Positions 63,751 to 64,000 of a stretch of 64,000 nt of DNA are shown here, piece after piece. The DNA is taken from positions 95,420,001-95,484,000 of the forward strand of contig CM052816.1 in assembly GCA_028534125.1 (NCBI GenBank), in the 5' to 3' direction. Origin of the DNA: Lama glama (taxonomy: Eukaryota). Position numbers and translations under genes: made by a program. How positions within the stretch are numbered: the first letter of the stretch is position 1; each line of letters begins with the position of its first letter. The notes under the pieces are model-generated. The model was not told the origin of the DNA and did no database searches. It worked only from the letters and a program-made list of their open reading frames with translations.

Positions 63751-64000
63751 TGTCATCTACCCACATAAACACAACAGCTCTCAGGACATGCCCCACGTTC
63801 AATGGGCGGGGCCTCCCGGGAAGGAGCCAGAACAGGGACAACGCACGGGGCCTCCGTGACAAGCACACTTAGGACGCTGGTCTCGTCAGCACTGCACTCA
63901 CACCGCAGCTTGTGCCGGTGTGACCTCCCGGCAACGAGGACGTCCCACAATCCTGTGGTGGGAACAGGCGACTCTGACGGTGCCTACAATCAAAGATCCA

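Noticed and set aside
59100..64000. 3' end of CCT5, the expected convergent neighbour
   Set aside because: No chaperonin C-terminal peptide seen in any frame; probably beyond the window.
1..64000. CRISPR array, prokaryotic operon or novel multi-gene system
   Set aside because: Sequence is intron-containing mammalian DNA; no repeat-spacer array, operon structure or intact transposase/retroviral ORF was found.

Overview
Mammalian genomic DNA, most likely from a camelid (alpaca/camel): seven tRNA-Ala(AGC)-derived SINE copies of the camelid type and no Alu, B1 or Bov-tA elements. The window is syntenic with human 5p15.2 and contains two divergent genes. (1) The first coding exon and CpG-island promoter of the ER ubiquitin ligase MARCHF6 on the minus strand (MDTAEE, 2825-2843), with intron 1 running off the left edge. 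(2) The complete CMBL gene (carboxymethylenebutenolidase homolog, dienelactone-hydrolase family) on the plus strand: a putative non-coding exon 1 in a CpG island near 37.6 kb and five GT-AG coding exons (215+108+143+92+180 = 738 nt, 245 aa) with an intact Cys132/Asp179/His212 triad. The ~34 kb intergenic interval and the introns are dense with L1, MaLR/ERV LTR, Tigger, hAT, MIR and L2 relics, including multi-layer nests, plus two assembly gaps. Almost all ORFs in the supplied track are spurious. I found no convincing novel multi-gene system. The best leads are regulatory or evolutionary: a palindromic ER8 plus twin ARE/MARE cluster 3 kb upstream of CMBL, an RFX+forkhead motif cluster at 15.3-15.6 kb, an orphan CpG island at 20.2-21.4 kb, a perfect 26-bp octamer-containing direct repeat, and clustered substitutions in CMBL exon 3. 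Repeat subfamily names and comparisons to human proteins come from recalled sequences, not database searches.
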